NCBI GenBank assembly: GCA_000708835.1
Contig: DF236972.1
Location: 124,001 to 188,000, forward strand
Source: Klebsormidium nitens
Lineage: Eukaryota; Plantae; Klebsormidiophyceae
DNA length: 64,000 nucleotides
Reading direction: 5' to 3'
This document shows positions 12,401 through 24,703 of this stretch, piece after piece; the stretch's first letter is position 1; each line of letters opens with the position of its first letter. Under the pieces are notes generated by a model. That model did no database searches, had not been told where the DNA came from, and worked only from the letters and a program-made list of their open reading frames with translations. Made by a program: the position numbers and the translations under genes.

Positions 12401-14773
12401 GAGCAATCCACTGATGAGGAAGCAATATACGCAACAATTTTGACCCGAAACTATTCACAGCCGAACGACCTCTATGGACTCACAACAATGACGCCAGAAT
12501 GGCCGTTTGTCTTTCTTGACAACTGATCACTTGGATCTAACGCGACGAGAGCCCCGAGAGATAAGGAACCCTCAGAATTAGCACTTGATCACCACAGCGC
12601 TATACCCCCGAACAACTAAATCTCTGAAGATCAACCTCACCTGCTCAGCGAGGCTGCCGGCCTGCGCATATGATTCCAGGCCACGGGCGGCTAGACGCGT
12701 CATTGAGAACGTCATAATTGCTCCGACAACGACCAGCACAGGAGTGACGGCCAGGAGAACTAGAGTGAGGAGCCAGCCCTTCGAGAAGGCGATGGCGAAA
12801 CCGGCGATGAACTGGACGTTGAGCCGGATGTACTGACCAACCTGTATGAAGGGAACTCTGGTGGTTTCAGTAAACAGTCCGACTACCTTATGAGATTTGT
12901 ACATTGAAGCGCCTTGGGTCTTTCTTAAACCACAGGCATTGGTAACAAATCTTAACGTATCTGGATCCAGCATAGTATAGAGGAACGTCTATAAGAAAGA
13001 CTTATTGAAAAGATGCATTGAAGTTTTCTCAGGGTTCCAAAACCTCAAAAGCGACTAACGATTTCGTCACTATTTGGTCGCCTTTGATGAAGTTTTGTAA
13101 TTGAAGACTTCCCCCCCACCAACGACCAAGAAAGTTTCCTGCAATCAAACATCGGACTGACCGAATCTCAGTGAAAACAAACTTGCCTTAAAGCAGCAGA
13201 CTGAGCAGTAGTTTTCCAGGACCCACTCACCTTCTCTCCGATGGCCTGCTCAATCATCAGCGTATCTCCAGACATTCGCCCCACAACCTCGCCGGTTGAG
13301 GTCTCCGTATCAAAGAATCCAATATCCTGCCGCAGGATCGCTTTCAAATACTTGCTGCGGATCCTGGCAGACTGGCGGGTGCCGGCCAGGGACCACAGAG
13401 TAACCTCTGCATAAGCAGCCAACTTGAGGAATAAGCTATGATCAGGGGTAGACCTTCGTACGGCAGCTCATGCATTGCAGAATCGTAGTGCTAATTCTAG
13501 TTCACGATCTGGAGGAGCATTTGTAACCCATGCACGTTGCACGGATAGATTCATCCAACATGAGAATCCATGGCATGAGACCTTCGGATTAGGTGGGTAG
13601 CCAAGTTGCCCTCCAATGTACGAAAAGCCAAACTCCACAAGGGCGTAATGACAGCGAAGTCCTGCCTCTTCTAAGCACAGTCAAGAATGACTTACCACAG
13701 TACGCGGCGACAGCCGCTCCTATTGCAAGATAGACAAACAAGGTCGCCACCTGGACAGGGACCACCACAACTATCAGATCCCTATATTCAACCCTGCACG
13801 GTCACTACACCTTCAAGTGTTGGCCCGCATTTGGCTGGTGATAGCACGGCCCGTTAGATCTAAACATCTGATCAGCATACGAACTTATATCAGCATCATA
13901 AGAGGACCCTTTTTGCCAAGCAGACCAAGTTCAATCTATACTGGTGGAAAGTTTTGAAAGAAGTGGTGAGAAATGACAGGTCTGTGCAGCTAGATCTATA
14001 CTGATATCTAACTACACTTTCAAACCGGATTTGTGCACCAACTGACTCTGCTCATGCCGACTCCACTACTGAGGCCACTGTTCCTACTTTCCTTTGTTAC
14101 ATGCATACACAACTTTCTCACAGACCATCACTTTGGTAGCATTACGATGCCACCTTGACCACCGCTGTACATCAAGACAGAAACCCTGAAGCATAGTTTT
14201 TCATTTTTCAAAAGGAATCAAACACACATCCATCAAAGCATGCCAACACCTCCACAACCTCATGTCGCTATCAACAACGCGCCCACCGTAGAGATCTCCG
14301 ACAGACCACTAAAGAAAGCCCTTTACTGGAGACGAAGCAGATGAAACCCTAATATCAGACCCCCTCCCACTCACCGTCTTCACTTGCTTGTAAAGCTCGT
14401 CGGGGTCGGTCGAGTTGTTCCCAAACGCGTTGATCAGCCGCCCAAACAGGAGCGTCAGCAAGGGCATCGCAGCCCCCATCGCTACAGCCCCGAGCGTCCC
14501 GACCACAATGCAGATCCAATCCAGCTTATCGGCATATGTGAATAGTTTCCGGAAGGAAACGGACTTAGCAGGCCCGCCCTTTGCGCCCTCTGCAGACTTG
14601 GTCTCAGTGAGGGGTTCCATCGTGCCGGACGGGGGCACAGCGCTCGCACCCGCCAGGGGGGCCGCTGAAGCTAGCGCTGCAGCTGGTTGTGTTGACCCTA
14701 CTGGCGAGTTTTCTATGTCCAGGGGGACACCCTGGGCCCCCTCCAAGGGCTGACCATCCGCCCCTTGTCCCAT
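494..14773 (-). CDS. ABCB: Full-size ABC transporter, subfamily B (MDR/P-glycoprotein, TMD-NBD-TMD-NBD); 3' end lies beyond the left edge of the window
   Basis: Phase-consistent GT-AG exons (minus): 14375-14773, 13696-13750, 13231-13406, 12641-12841, 11848-12048, 10984-11115, 10437-10629, 9855-9985, 9221-9364, 8439-8510, 7952-8073, 7410-7536, 6475-6605, 5720-6023, 4845-5189, 4071-4214, 3426-3584, 2041-2250, 1133-1268, 494-591. Motifs: [12 protein letters not shown]-terminus, Walker [10 protein letters not shown] twice, Q-loop VSQEP twice, signature LSGGQKQR, Walker B/D-loop [13 protein letters not shown]-loop VVAHRL, typical ABCB TMD segments ([18 protein letters not shown]). Confidence 0.96.
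1269..1760 (-). repeat. Intronic degenerate tandem copies of the acceptor and 5' part of the ABCB NBD2 exon
   Basis: Units at about 1352-1445, 1490-1605 and 1680-1725 repeat ggactcgatgtcg...agatctggacgtc...gctgtacg...gacacgtggcatca. Confidence 0.9.
2317..2582 (-). repeat. Two intronic degenerate copies of the start of ABCB exon 2041-2250
   Basis: 2486-2582 reads (minus) cttccag|[30 protein letters not shown] versus the true [31 protein letters not shown]; 2317-2402 is a more decayed copy. Confidence 0.9.
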
Positions 14774-16240
14774 GCTAGCGGCCCAAGTGGAGAGAGCAAT
14801 CAACCACTCGGACTGAGAACTGCTTCCTGGCGTGGATTGTCCAGAGATGAGGTATTGCTGACCTTCTCCGCAGCTCCCGCTGGCACCAGTCTGCAAGAAT
14901 ACAATCGATCCAACGGAGAAACCAAACGCTCCACCACCTTCAGATTCACAATAATCTATCTTGATCCTTTGCCTTGGCCTTAGGCTTCGGTTCCTATCCA
15001 CTAGTTCTTCTGGGCTTGCTATACCACAGCAAGCCCGTGGATAGCTTTAACCTAGGACGGTAGCGTATCTCCCTTTCAACTTGACCGTCGTTCTTCAAGA
15101 ACGTTTTCACCGAAGTACGCGCGCGAAAAGAGGTATCGTACCGTGTGAAAGTCAAATGGTGACGTCAGAATGTCAAGGTACGACACTGCAACTCTGACGT
15201 GGCATGTGTAAAGTACCCCGGTAGAGGACCTTTGATGAAGAGTGAAAACCTCTAGGGTTCCACCGGGTGCTACCGCCATTGCTTCTACCCTAGGCCGGAC
15301 GATCGGCTGTGGTGCACCGGTCACTTTGAGCCAGCACCGGTGCTTGCGGCAGTCGCTTTTCTGACGTGGAAAGCTTGCGGGCCACGAAATGCATTGGGAG
15401 TGTGCGCACTGCGCAGCCTCAGGCTTCGAGCTGCCGTGTGCCTGTTAAACCGTTGCGGAGTGCGAAGCTTGTGCCGACACGTGTACCGGGTTGCTTTATG
15501 GCGCGAACTCCGATCCCCTTGATGTGAATACCCTCTGAAGCGGGTCCCCGGCTAAGCAACCGTTAGCTGCCGCCGCCGGCGGTCAGGCTTTTCGATTGAC
15601 TGTTGCAGACTCGCTGCTTTTCACTAACATAGGTATCCAAGGAAAACGGCGTGACGCTGTAGCCGTGCTAGGAGCTTCTCGAGAGAATTCACACTCAACA
15701 GGAAGCAGAACGCTGCAGAACTGAAGGGCATTTGAAATCGAAGTTGCTGAATGGGCCAAGGGCGCTGAACACAGCTGCATAGGTATTATAGGGACGCTGT
15801 GACGCGGTTTCTGAGCTTTGACCTTCTCACTCAAGTAATTAATTTGAATTATAAATATTATTAATTGGAACTTGAAGCGAGGCTTGCACGGCTGCCACTA
15901 ATTACCTATTACGAACTACCGTAGCTCTCATACAGTAGCTCTGCCATGGCGGACAATCCATCAGAAGCTCATTTCAGCAGCCAAGAGAAGTCGGGGTACC
16001 CAGCTGTTTGGATGTTTATGAGCTCTCCCTTGGAGCCACCAAGCCCATTCGATCAGGCACTCGTGTTTTCTTCTATCTCCACTCTATCTCTTCTAGGAAG
16101 TGTGAAGCGGGGATCATGTGCGGTGCGTCTCTTACTTTGGGTGCGCAATGCCAACGAGCCGCTTCATTGCTGAGCGTGTAAAACAAGCTCAAATAAGTTC
16201 TTTGTAAGTTATTGGGATTTGTGAATAGACTTAGGAAAGA

Positions 16241-19200
16241 ATGGCGCCAATCCCTTCCACAGCAACAGCTGGTGTGCTTCACACAGGACCTGCACAAACG
16301 TGTAGTGTGTTACAGCTAGCAGGACAGATACGGGCTTGCACTCAAAACCCTAATAATGTACATAGAGCTCCAAGGGCAGTCAGCCTGCACGCGTTGAACT
16401 GGAATGCAAAAGAGCTTTTCGAAAATAGGAACAATTTGCCTCCGAGCACCTTAAGACATGGAAACTCTCAATTCAGTGGCAATACAAGTGAGTTGCTTCA
16501 AGCCAGTATTGACATTCCCAAGTATCTGCTAGTTGTACATAAGAATAGGGGTTGTACTATTAGCAGCAAGTTCCATGGGGACCCCAACAGTCCTAGGCAG
16601 GCTCGCATTAGGCGGTTGAATCAATTGTACAACAAGCTGGATTCTTCTGGAGTTACAGAGCTCCAGAGCTCTACAGGTAAGTGCTTGCTGCAATTGCTGA
16701 GCTTCTAAGCTTTCATCAAACAAGAGTGCAAATATATGAATCACAAAGTAGTCATTGTTGACTGAATGCATTGGAAAGACAATGGACTGAATCAAGCTGC
16801 CAGTGCTCATCAGGGTTCATTTGCAAGATACCGAGCATTTATGAGTCCCTCTTTTAGCTGACTTGAATCTTACTACATTTAGTCTTTACTTTGTGTAGTG
16901 CTGCTACGCAGGCTTCTGATGCATGCACTTCAATAGGTAGCTTCCATCCGTGACCGCTCTGCAATTATGTGGGTCTCCTCAGCAGAAGCATTGGCTGTCC
17001 TATAGGTCAATACTCTCCTCTACACTATCCTCTACGAATTCTGTTTTCTTTTATCTGCTCTTCATGATTGAGTGCGCTTCATTGTAGGGCTTCTGATTGC
17101 ATCTGCATGGTGTTTCTGGCGATTCTTGACCTATTTTCTGCAGGCAGCTAGACAGATCCCCTTTGCAGGTATTTCTATTTTCACCCAACCACCCCCCTGT
17201 ATTAACATCTGTTCATCATCCTTCCTCTGCAGGCCAGGTTGGCATCATCAGTACGGCGTCGGAGCCAATGCATTCTGATGAGAGCATCAGTGCATCGCTG
17301 ATACACGAGCTTCCGCTCTGCTTCGTGCCTTGGGCGCTGCTCCCAGGGTCCCAGGAGATGCTGCACGTGTATGAGCCACACCATGTACATTGTGAGAACT
17401 GCCTCTTCCGGTGGTGGTCATACTGCCGTACTCTTTGCCTTTCTGGACACAGCAATTATGTATCCTGTAGAGAGCTCTGCATCATTTGAGCAGCTGGTGT
17501 CACAGAACGAACGCGGTGTATCGCTTGCAGCTGTTGAGTTTAGTGATACAACTGAGAGGGAATCCGTTAGGTTCAGGTTCAAAGCTGGCCCCTCAGTGGC
17601 AGGGGGGAAAATCAGCAAAATGTATCCCTGTCCTGTAGACGGCACCAGAGCTACTCATGTTGTAATACTAAAGCTGACTACTTAGGTGTCCAGCTTTCTC
17701 GTGTAGAAACTCAATTCACCAGGGCGTTCAAAAGGCTTGTACGAGCAGCTTGTAAAAGGAACTCTCCGGTCAAAGCTTCATATTGGCGCCGCTCACTGCA
17801 TAGAGAAAGAAAGACCCTCATAGTCAGGCCCCTGCTTTGCAGTATTTGAGACGATACTCGCTCAGCCACGACCGTGGAAGTACGGCCATATTCTCGCATC
17901 GCCGGGCCGCCGCCAGCACTTGATTGGGGTTGTTGCGGAAGTACAGGAGGTAAGCCTATCTGAGATTCAGCTTGTTTGCCTTGTCTTCTTGACGTGCAGT
18001 TTTGAGTTGAAATGTTAGAGTGTTTGCCAGCACATTCTGAGCAGCTGAGGACCCTTGCCACCTGACTGGGTCCCAAAGTAAGCACTGCAAGTGCAGACTC
18101 CTTCAGTCTCCTCACAATCAAATTCTTCCAAGCGGAAGGTCTGAGTAAAAAGTGAGGTATTCTTTTTGTTCCTTATGTTGGTTAGAAGAAAAGCATCTTG
18201 CTGCGGAAGTTAGCCGCTGGTGAGAGCGACGTGTTTCCCAGCTTTCGAACAGAGACTGATTCACGAACTTGTAGAAAGGCTTCGAAGAGTGTATTCTAAA
18301 CCACATTGTCGTTTGTCATCAAGATAACTTGTTACGCTTGTTGTTCGTCAGGGAAAAGCAGGTTGTGCTGGTCAAGTGTGGCGCCATCCTTCAATGGATG
18401 AAATCCTGGATGGAAGCAGCGAGATGAAGTTGGTTTAAATAAATTGCTTAGATGATTCCTGAGCGAAGTCTAATTGATATACGAATGCCCTTTGGGCCTC
18501 TTTTGAAAGCTCCAAACGAGTTTGGGCGACTTCGGAATGAAGATGACTGCCTGTGGAGGTCCACACTTCCAGCCCCGGCGGCGCCGCTGGTGGCAGCAAC
18601 GTGCTTCGCAACTTTCTGACCCCAGATCCATGGTCTTTAGCGCCTCTGTCCTTTTTTTTAGGGTCTGGTTCTAGCCCGATCCTGTTATCACTTTGACAAC
18701 AGCAATGTCTGGTTCTTGACTAGTGCTCTCCTCGCTTTTTTGGTTCGGTTCATAAAAGATGTGCGTTGCAAAATCCGATATGCCAGCAGTCTTCGAACAG
18801 CGTGTGCCTCAAGCAAAACAGCGACTACAATCTTTCGTGGACTGGCTCTCCGTTTGCCACAGAGCAACACGACTCCCGACGCTCTCTGCTTTCACTCTCT
18901 TTTCCCCCTCTCATTTCCTTCCCCTCCCCCAAACGCGTTGTGGAAACCGACGCTTTTCCCTGATCTCTGCCAGGTCGAGCGGTTCAGCGACGGGCGTATG
19001 CTTCTCTTGGTCGCTGCGACCGCCAAGATCCGCGTCCTCCGCCCCAGCCAAAAGGTGCCGTTCGTTCTGGCGACAGTCGAGAAGGAACACGACGAGGAGG
19101 AGAGCTTGGTGGGGGCGCTTTACCCGGGGTCAGAAACCGGGTTAGGAAAACCGTCCGCTAACAAAAACGGGGTTAGGAGCAGCGGGCCAGAGTGGGATCC

Positions 19201-21383
19201 GGAGGTGGCCGCCGCGGCGGTGATGACGCACGAGCTGCGGAGGAGGGAGAAGGAGCTGTGGGACTGCTACGATCAGGTGAGGGAATCACGTGCTGCCACG
19301 TGTCCTTCAGCGGTGTGTCCAACTTCGAAGCGCACTCTGCGGAATCTGCTTAAAAGACATCATCCTCGTTCGCGATGGTGTCAACGGGCGTTTCTGATTC
19401 TACCGGAATTGTGCGGCTTGCTCGTCACCACCTGGAAATTGTTTCCTCTCTTCATTCAGGAGCTCGGAAGGTCCAAGCCCTGGTACGACGTTCGACGTTA
19501 CTCAAGATGCATACGTCTCGATTGGAACAGCGTCACGCTTAGTGTGTGTCCGATAGCTGGCCGGTAGTGCACGAACTATGACACCGGCAGCCTTACACCC
19601 ACTTGCCGAAGGCCGGAATGAGCCAGAAGCTTCTACCGCAGCTAGTCCATGTCTTCCAGATACCGCCTCAGAAATCAAGTCACTCACGTGGCGCCTGATC
19701 CGGGCCCACAGATGGTGGCGAGGAAATGTTTTGAAAATTGACCTCCCGTTTGTTAAGTCGCAAGCACCCGACTGAGACGCTTTTTTATGCAAGAACAATC
19801 AGCCCGGACTTTTCAACCGGTTTCGAAAGATATGCAGGAGGTCGACGTCAAGCACGGAGAGATACTTGATTGACTTCCCGTCTTTCTTACCCGAGCACCT
19901 TCCCCTTCCCCCAGGTCCGCCTGCTCACGGCCAAGCTCCGCATGGACGCCCGGGGGATCCCCCCACCCTCAACCCTGCTCGACGCCCGGGAGATCCCCCC
20001 TCCCTCCGCCCCGCTCGACGCCCGAGGGGAACCCCCGTCCTCAGCCCTGCTCGACGCCCGGGGGATCCCCCTGCCCGCAGCCATGCTCGCCGTCCTGCCC
20101 CCGGGGCGTTCCACAATCCCCAATAACGGGGGATCCCCCCGGCCGCGGTCGGTGGAACAAGCCTGGGAAGACCCGGCCGAAGTGGTGGGCCGGGTGCAGC
20201 GGCTCTCGTACGCGGTCGGCGCGGCGCTCCCGGACGTCCGGCGCGCTGAGGGACGGCAGGCGTTCCTGCAGGCGAGCAGCATACGGGAGCGAATGGATCT
20301 GGCTGCAGGTAGGCAGATTGTTTTTCCTAGGTTCCAATTTTAGTTACCAGTCTAAGCTCTTTTTTTCTAGGCTTAAGAAACGTTCAAGGGGCGGCAGGTG
20401 GTCCTGCAGGCGAGCAGCATACGGGAGCGGATGGACTTGGCTGCAGGTACGTGGAGCGTTTCTTTTTATGCTTTGAGTCCTGCTTATTTCTGTCCACTTC
20501 TCAATATTGTGGCTGCGCAGAGGGCCGGCAGTACTTGCTGGACGTTTAAAGTATACTGATGAATCGCTCCACGCCGGAATCGGGGTGTTGTCTAGGATTT
20601 AATCTCCTGGGTGTAGTTGGATCGACACTTCTGGTTTGTGAGGCGCGCCCGTTCCTTCAGGCGAGCAGTGGACGAGAGCGGACGGCTTCGATGCAAAACT
20701 GCGACTCCGCCTCGTTTTCGTACGACAGCAAGAGACTTGGTGAACGGACTAGATCATGTGCATTTGATGTTCGCAAATGTGTGTTACAAATCACGGCAAC
20801 TTCCCTGGTTGTATTCTGCCTTGCTTGAGCTCTTATAACGGTTTTGCCACTGTACTCGAAGTTAAAGCTGGAAGGTTCGTTTCAAAACATCTTCTCGTTG
20901 CTTTCTTAGACGAGACCTTCAGCGAGGCTTCGTATCACTGCCCTTCAGATAGTAGGGTCTGAGGTCGTTCTAGGTTGATATTCAACTTGGGCCAATCATT
21001 CTTTTGCAGTGTGGTCGTCAGAACGGCTCGCATCTTGAGATCGGCCCTGACCAACTTAAATTGGGTTAAGCGGCCAACTTCAACCGAGCCTTTCATAAGA
21101 TGATTGAAAGACAAAGAGTTGCAAGGAAGCAATCTAAAGCGCCGACTCTTCTTACCCGATGCCTTACTCTCGGTTCGGTACCCTGGAACTGCGTTTCGAA
21201 TGGACATGGTATCAAAACATCTCGTTGAACAACGGTAGGCGTCAATCTGAGTCTTGATCCAGCACGTGACTCTTCTTTCGCTTCCTCCCTGCAGATTTGA
21301 TGACGCAGCGTTGCAGGGAACTGGCTGCTCGTGTTGCAGTGAAACAGGCGCTCACCGACACTTCTACCAATTTAGGAGGTTAA
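16241..21383 (+). CDS. LON peptidase N-terminal (substrate-binding, PUA-like) domain protein without ATPase/protease domains; N-terminus possibly an organellar transit peptide
   Basis: Exons 16241-16676, 17233-17391, 17843-17949, 18974-19276, 19915-20308, 21295-21383 splice in frame. They give ELPLCFVPWALLPGSQEMLHVYEPHHVHLFETIL...GVVAEVQE|VERFSDGRMLLLV...PFVLATVE...LSYAVGAAL...RQAFLQASSIRERMDLAADLMTQRCRELAARVAVK, matching the LON_substr_bdg pattern (LPL..LLPG..LH.YEP; DGR; RQ.LL....ERL). First exon is less certain. Confidence 0.82.
19945..20090 (+). repeat. Coding minisatellite, 4 x 36 bp (12-aa DARGIPPPSxLL repeat) in exon 5 of the LON-domain gene
   Basis: Repeated gacgcccggg(g/a)gatcccc units translate as DARGIPPPSTLL / DAREIPPPSAPL / DARGEPPSSALL / DARGIPLPAAML. 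Confidence 0.9.
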
Positions 21384-21682
21384 GTAACCGCGGTGACGTG
21401 CCGATTGTAAGAAAGTAGTGACGTAGGCAGATTTGTGTACATATACCGGGAGCCCAGCTTTTTTTCGGCAGAGGCGCTGTCGATTTGTAAATGCTAGCCG
21501 TCATTACACATAGGGACTCGACAACCGTCCCTGGTTCATACGTTGCTCCATGCAACTCAAGACTGCTAGCCTTTGTAACAGTGAAGAAACTTTCATGACA
21601 GGTATGTCGTTGACAATTAGGAAGTGTTGGCAAACCATCAAATAGAATACCTCAAATCGATGTTTCGAGAGTTGCAGAGCAG

Positions 21683-21772
21683 TAAGTTTTCTACCCTGTC
21701 GACCCTGTCTTATCAATCTGGAGACGCTAAGTTTCCTACCCTGTCGACCTTGTCTTATCAATCTGGAGACGC
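21683..21772. repeat. Tandem duplication of about 42 bp
   Basis: aagttt(t)ctaccctgtcgacc(c/t)tgtcttatcaatctggagacgct occurs twice in tandem. Confidence 0.9.
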
Positions 21773-22910
21773 TATGTACCATATCAACAACTTCGTTCAA
21801 TCGAGCACACCTAGAAATTGAGTTCGTGGGTCGATGTCGAAATCGGCCGAAGATGTTGCCAGCTGTTGCTCGTCACATGCAGCTTAGGACTTGTGGGCTC
21901 GTGGCATACATTGGCATGGAAATAAAGTGAACAGTACGTTTGTGCCCGGCCATTCTTGACAAATGCACCATGAGCACCAGATTTCAGCTGGCGATCTCCT
22001 ACCGGCGGCGGCGCGGTATGTAATGTAGCACTTAGTCGAAACATCTGAATTCCATGGCATTCTATGGATCCGTATTTGTTCGACCTTGGACTTCGGAGCT
22101 CTGCACGCAAGCTGAATATGTTCTGTTTGGCATACTTAGGCCTGGCCGCGGCCGGCCGGCATGCATAGGGGCTAGCTAGCGAGGTGCAGTAAAGTGAATT
22201 AATTCAACGCTTATTCAACGCTTATTAATTTATTTCCAAAAATCTTCAATTTATGTATCTGAATGGTGGAGAAATGTGCTCGTCACCATATTATCGAACA
22301 GAATTGTGGCGAAGAATGTATTGTAGTTTGAGTCTATTCCTCGAAGCACGTACATGCAGATTTTTCGTACTGTTGCATGAAAGTTGAGGATATACAGTTG
22401 ATAAATAATTGTTGACAGAAAATTGCTCAGCTAGAATATCAGGTTGTGTACTTTTCCATGCGACGAGCAGTGGTTGTATATATATGCAACGGTAGTTGGT
22501 AAGTTAAGTTTTGACATAGAACAGATAAGAGGTCAATGTTCCATTTACTAAGATATGGTTCTCTAGCTTGCCGCAAAGATTGTATGTATGAGCATTCATC
22601 CGCAAGACGATGACAAAAAGTTAAGTGATCCAATGTGACAGGTTGTTTGGTGGAACGTTGTCAACAGATATTCCTCATAATTATCTCGTCGCAAAAAGAG
22701 TGACACGATGTGACAAAAAACATGTGTGATTATTGAGAAATATCATTCGTGGCAGAATGTGAAGACAAAACTATGAATGCAAAAGGTATACATACAGTTC
22801 ATCTTCCACAATTGTACAAGTACAACTCGCAAAATGTTGATTCTTTCAACCCCTACTTAGTATACAAGGCTGCTACACTGTACAACAAAGTCCTTCAACG
22901 CAACACTCTC

Positions 22911-24111
22911 TTAAGACTGGGTGTCCTCCTTGGTGACAGACCCGCCCTTGGAACCCATCTCCTTGTAACCCTCAGTGCCCAGCTGCTCGCTGCGAGCCTT
23001 TCCGCCCTTGCTGCGTCCCTCCTGCTGCCTCTCGAAGGCCTCCTGCAAAAAACGAAGGGAGAAAAGCGTTACACTACGGGCTGAAATGTTGAAAGGTGAC
23101 CACTTGGCGGTGGTTTAGAAAGGTTGTTATGGAGGAGAGTACCAATCAATTGGGTGTGGGAAGTAGCGCTCCAACTAAAGCCACAGTCAGCAGTTTAGTT
23201 AGTTAGTAAAGGTAAGTCGGTGTTAAGATGGAGTCAAGACGGAAGCGAGGTTGGAGTAAACCAGCGACTAACGACTCAAAGATCCCCGCTTCCAGGCTCT
23301 CTTTCAACTCATAGTCCCTTTCAGTCGTAGGGAGCCTGACACAGATTTTACCCTGTTCGGGACACCCTAAACATGAGTTTACCATCAGTTTCAAAGACGT
23401 TCGGACTGCTCCCTAGATGCGAGAAAAGAGCCCATGCCCCTCTAAATTGAGGGATGTGACATACACCATCTTCCCTCACTATTAAGAGTGGTTTACCAGT
23501 CAACAGTCGACTTTTACCAACGGTAATATATGAGCTACCCCCAAATCCACCCAGATCATCTTTTCTGTCAAGTCAGAAGCTCCTGCAAAACAGATCACAT
23601 TCTACGACAGAGGAACCAGTACAGTAGCCATACAATTGAAGGACGTCAATGTAAGGTAACGTCACTGGCCAGGAAAGCAAAGTCAGAGAAGTCTGTGCAA
23701 CTGCAAACGACACTCCAGACTTTTGTTCAGTTAATCTCAACCTCAACGACCAAGCTAGTACCAATATCTTGTGAAGCCCCACATGCCAAGGTTAACAGAA
23801 ACCTCTTCGTTTCGAGACTGATTAGGTAGGGAGAGCATAACATCTCTCGTTCACATAGAGTGACCAAGCAATGTGCCAATCCAACTGTCTCCCCACTCCA
23901 GCAGATTGTCACAAGACATGAAGACGCACCAAAATACCCTTCAAAGTGTACAGACGTAGAAGATGCTCGCACAAAGACAAGGAATAAACAAAGTTTGAAA
24001 ATCTTGGGACGGGCTGCTTTTTACCTGGCTCTGTCCGTCGGGCTTCTTGCTCTGGTCCATGAGCTCGTCCTTGCTCTGGGTCGCGGGACCGCTCTGCTGG
24101 CCGCTCGACAT
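22911..24111 (-). CDS. Group 1 late embryogenesis abundant protein (Em-like, LEA_5), 72 aa
   Basis: Exons 24025-24111 (MSSGQQSGPATQSKDELMDQSKKPDGQSQ) and 22911-23042 (EAFERQQEGRSKGGKARSEQLGTEGYKEMGSKGGSVTKEDTQS*). The GRSKGG..R.EQLG.EGY.EMG.KGG 20-mer is the Em/LEA_5 hallmark. Confidence 0.92.
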
Positions 24112-24365
24112 GGTGGCGACGTATAGAGAACTTGCGAACTTGGGTGTTTTGTTTAGAGAATTGGAGATTGCTTGCAAATGCGTAATGTGGGCGGTTTGGA
24201 ATGAGGACTGCTTGGCGGAGACGGAGCTTTATACCTCAAACGGAGAGACGGTCTTGAGTCCGAAGTTCACCTGCTTGAATCCTTGGCTGCTTTCAGGGCG
24301 CATTACAGGCTCCCAAACTGGAGAGAATGTGGGAAATCAAGAGCTCAACGGGAAGGCCGCCTGCT

Positions 24366-24703
24366 GACGTGTGCCGGGCGCTGGATATCGTTTGCTTCAG
24401 TGGCGCCGTCAGAAGGGCGCGACGTCAGCGCGGATGGCGCAACCCGCCTGCATGACGCCCAGGTTGCGGATAACCGTCACGTGTGCTCGGTTAGCGACTG
24501 GCGTGTTCGCCATGCACTGACGGACGGGACCCCGAAATTTGGAGAATCTCTGCATGCAAGTCTGCAGTTGAAATCAGGGTGAGTCAGACTGGTGTGACTG
24601 TTCAGCAACTATAGGGTATGGCGTTGCATGCAATAGGAACCGGTCCCTTTTACCGGTGCTGCCGCTGCATGCACAGTTCCGGACTTGGCGGAACCTGCAT
24701 GCA
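24366..24703 (-). promoter_or_regulatory. Cluster of RY (CATGCA) elements plus G-box/ACGT cores upstream of the Em-like gene
   Basis: CATGCA or its complement at about 24449, 24511, 24553, 24627, 24668, 24698 (four as palindromic TGCATGCA); CACGTG at 24478; further ACGT cores at about 24367 and 24422; 250-600 bp upstream of the ATG. Confidence 0.5.

Noticed and set aside
16000-17450. Minus-strand fragments resembling a hAT transposase (LFDES, CNSRRIQLVVQ, CPWSSMY, a CxxC)
   Set aside because: The region is better explained by plus-strand exons of the LON-domain gene that splice in phase. The matches are short and no TIRs or target duplication were found.
18716-19567. 283-aa ORF as a stand-alone gene
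   Set aside because: Only 18974-19276 is exon; the flanks are intronic read-through, with a pyrimidine tract before the AG and a GT donor after DQ.
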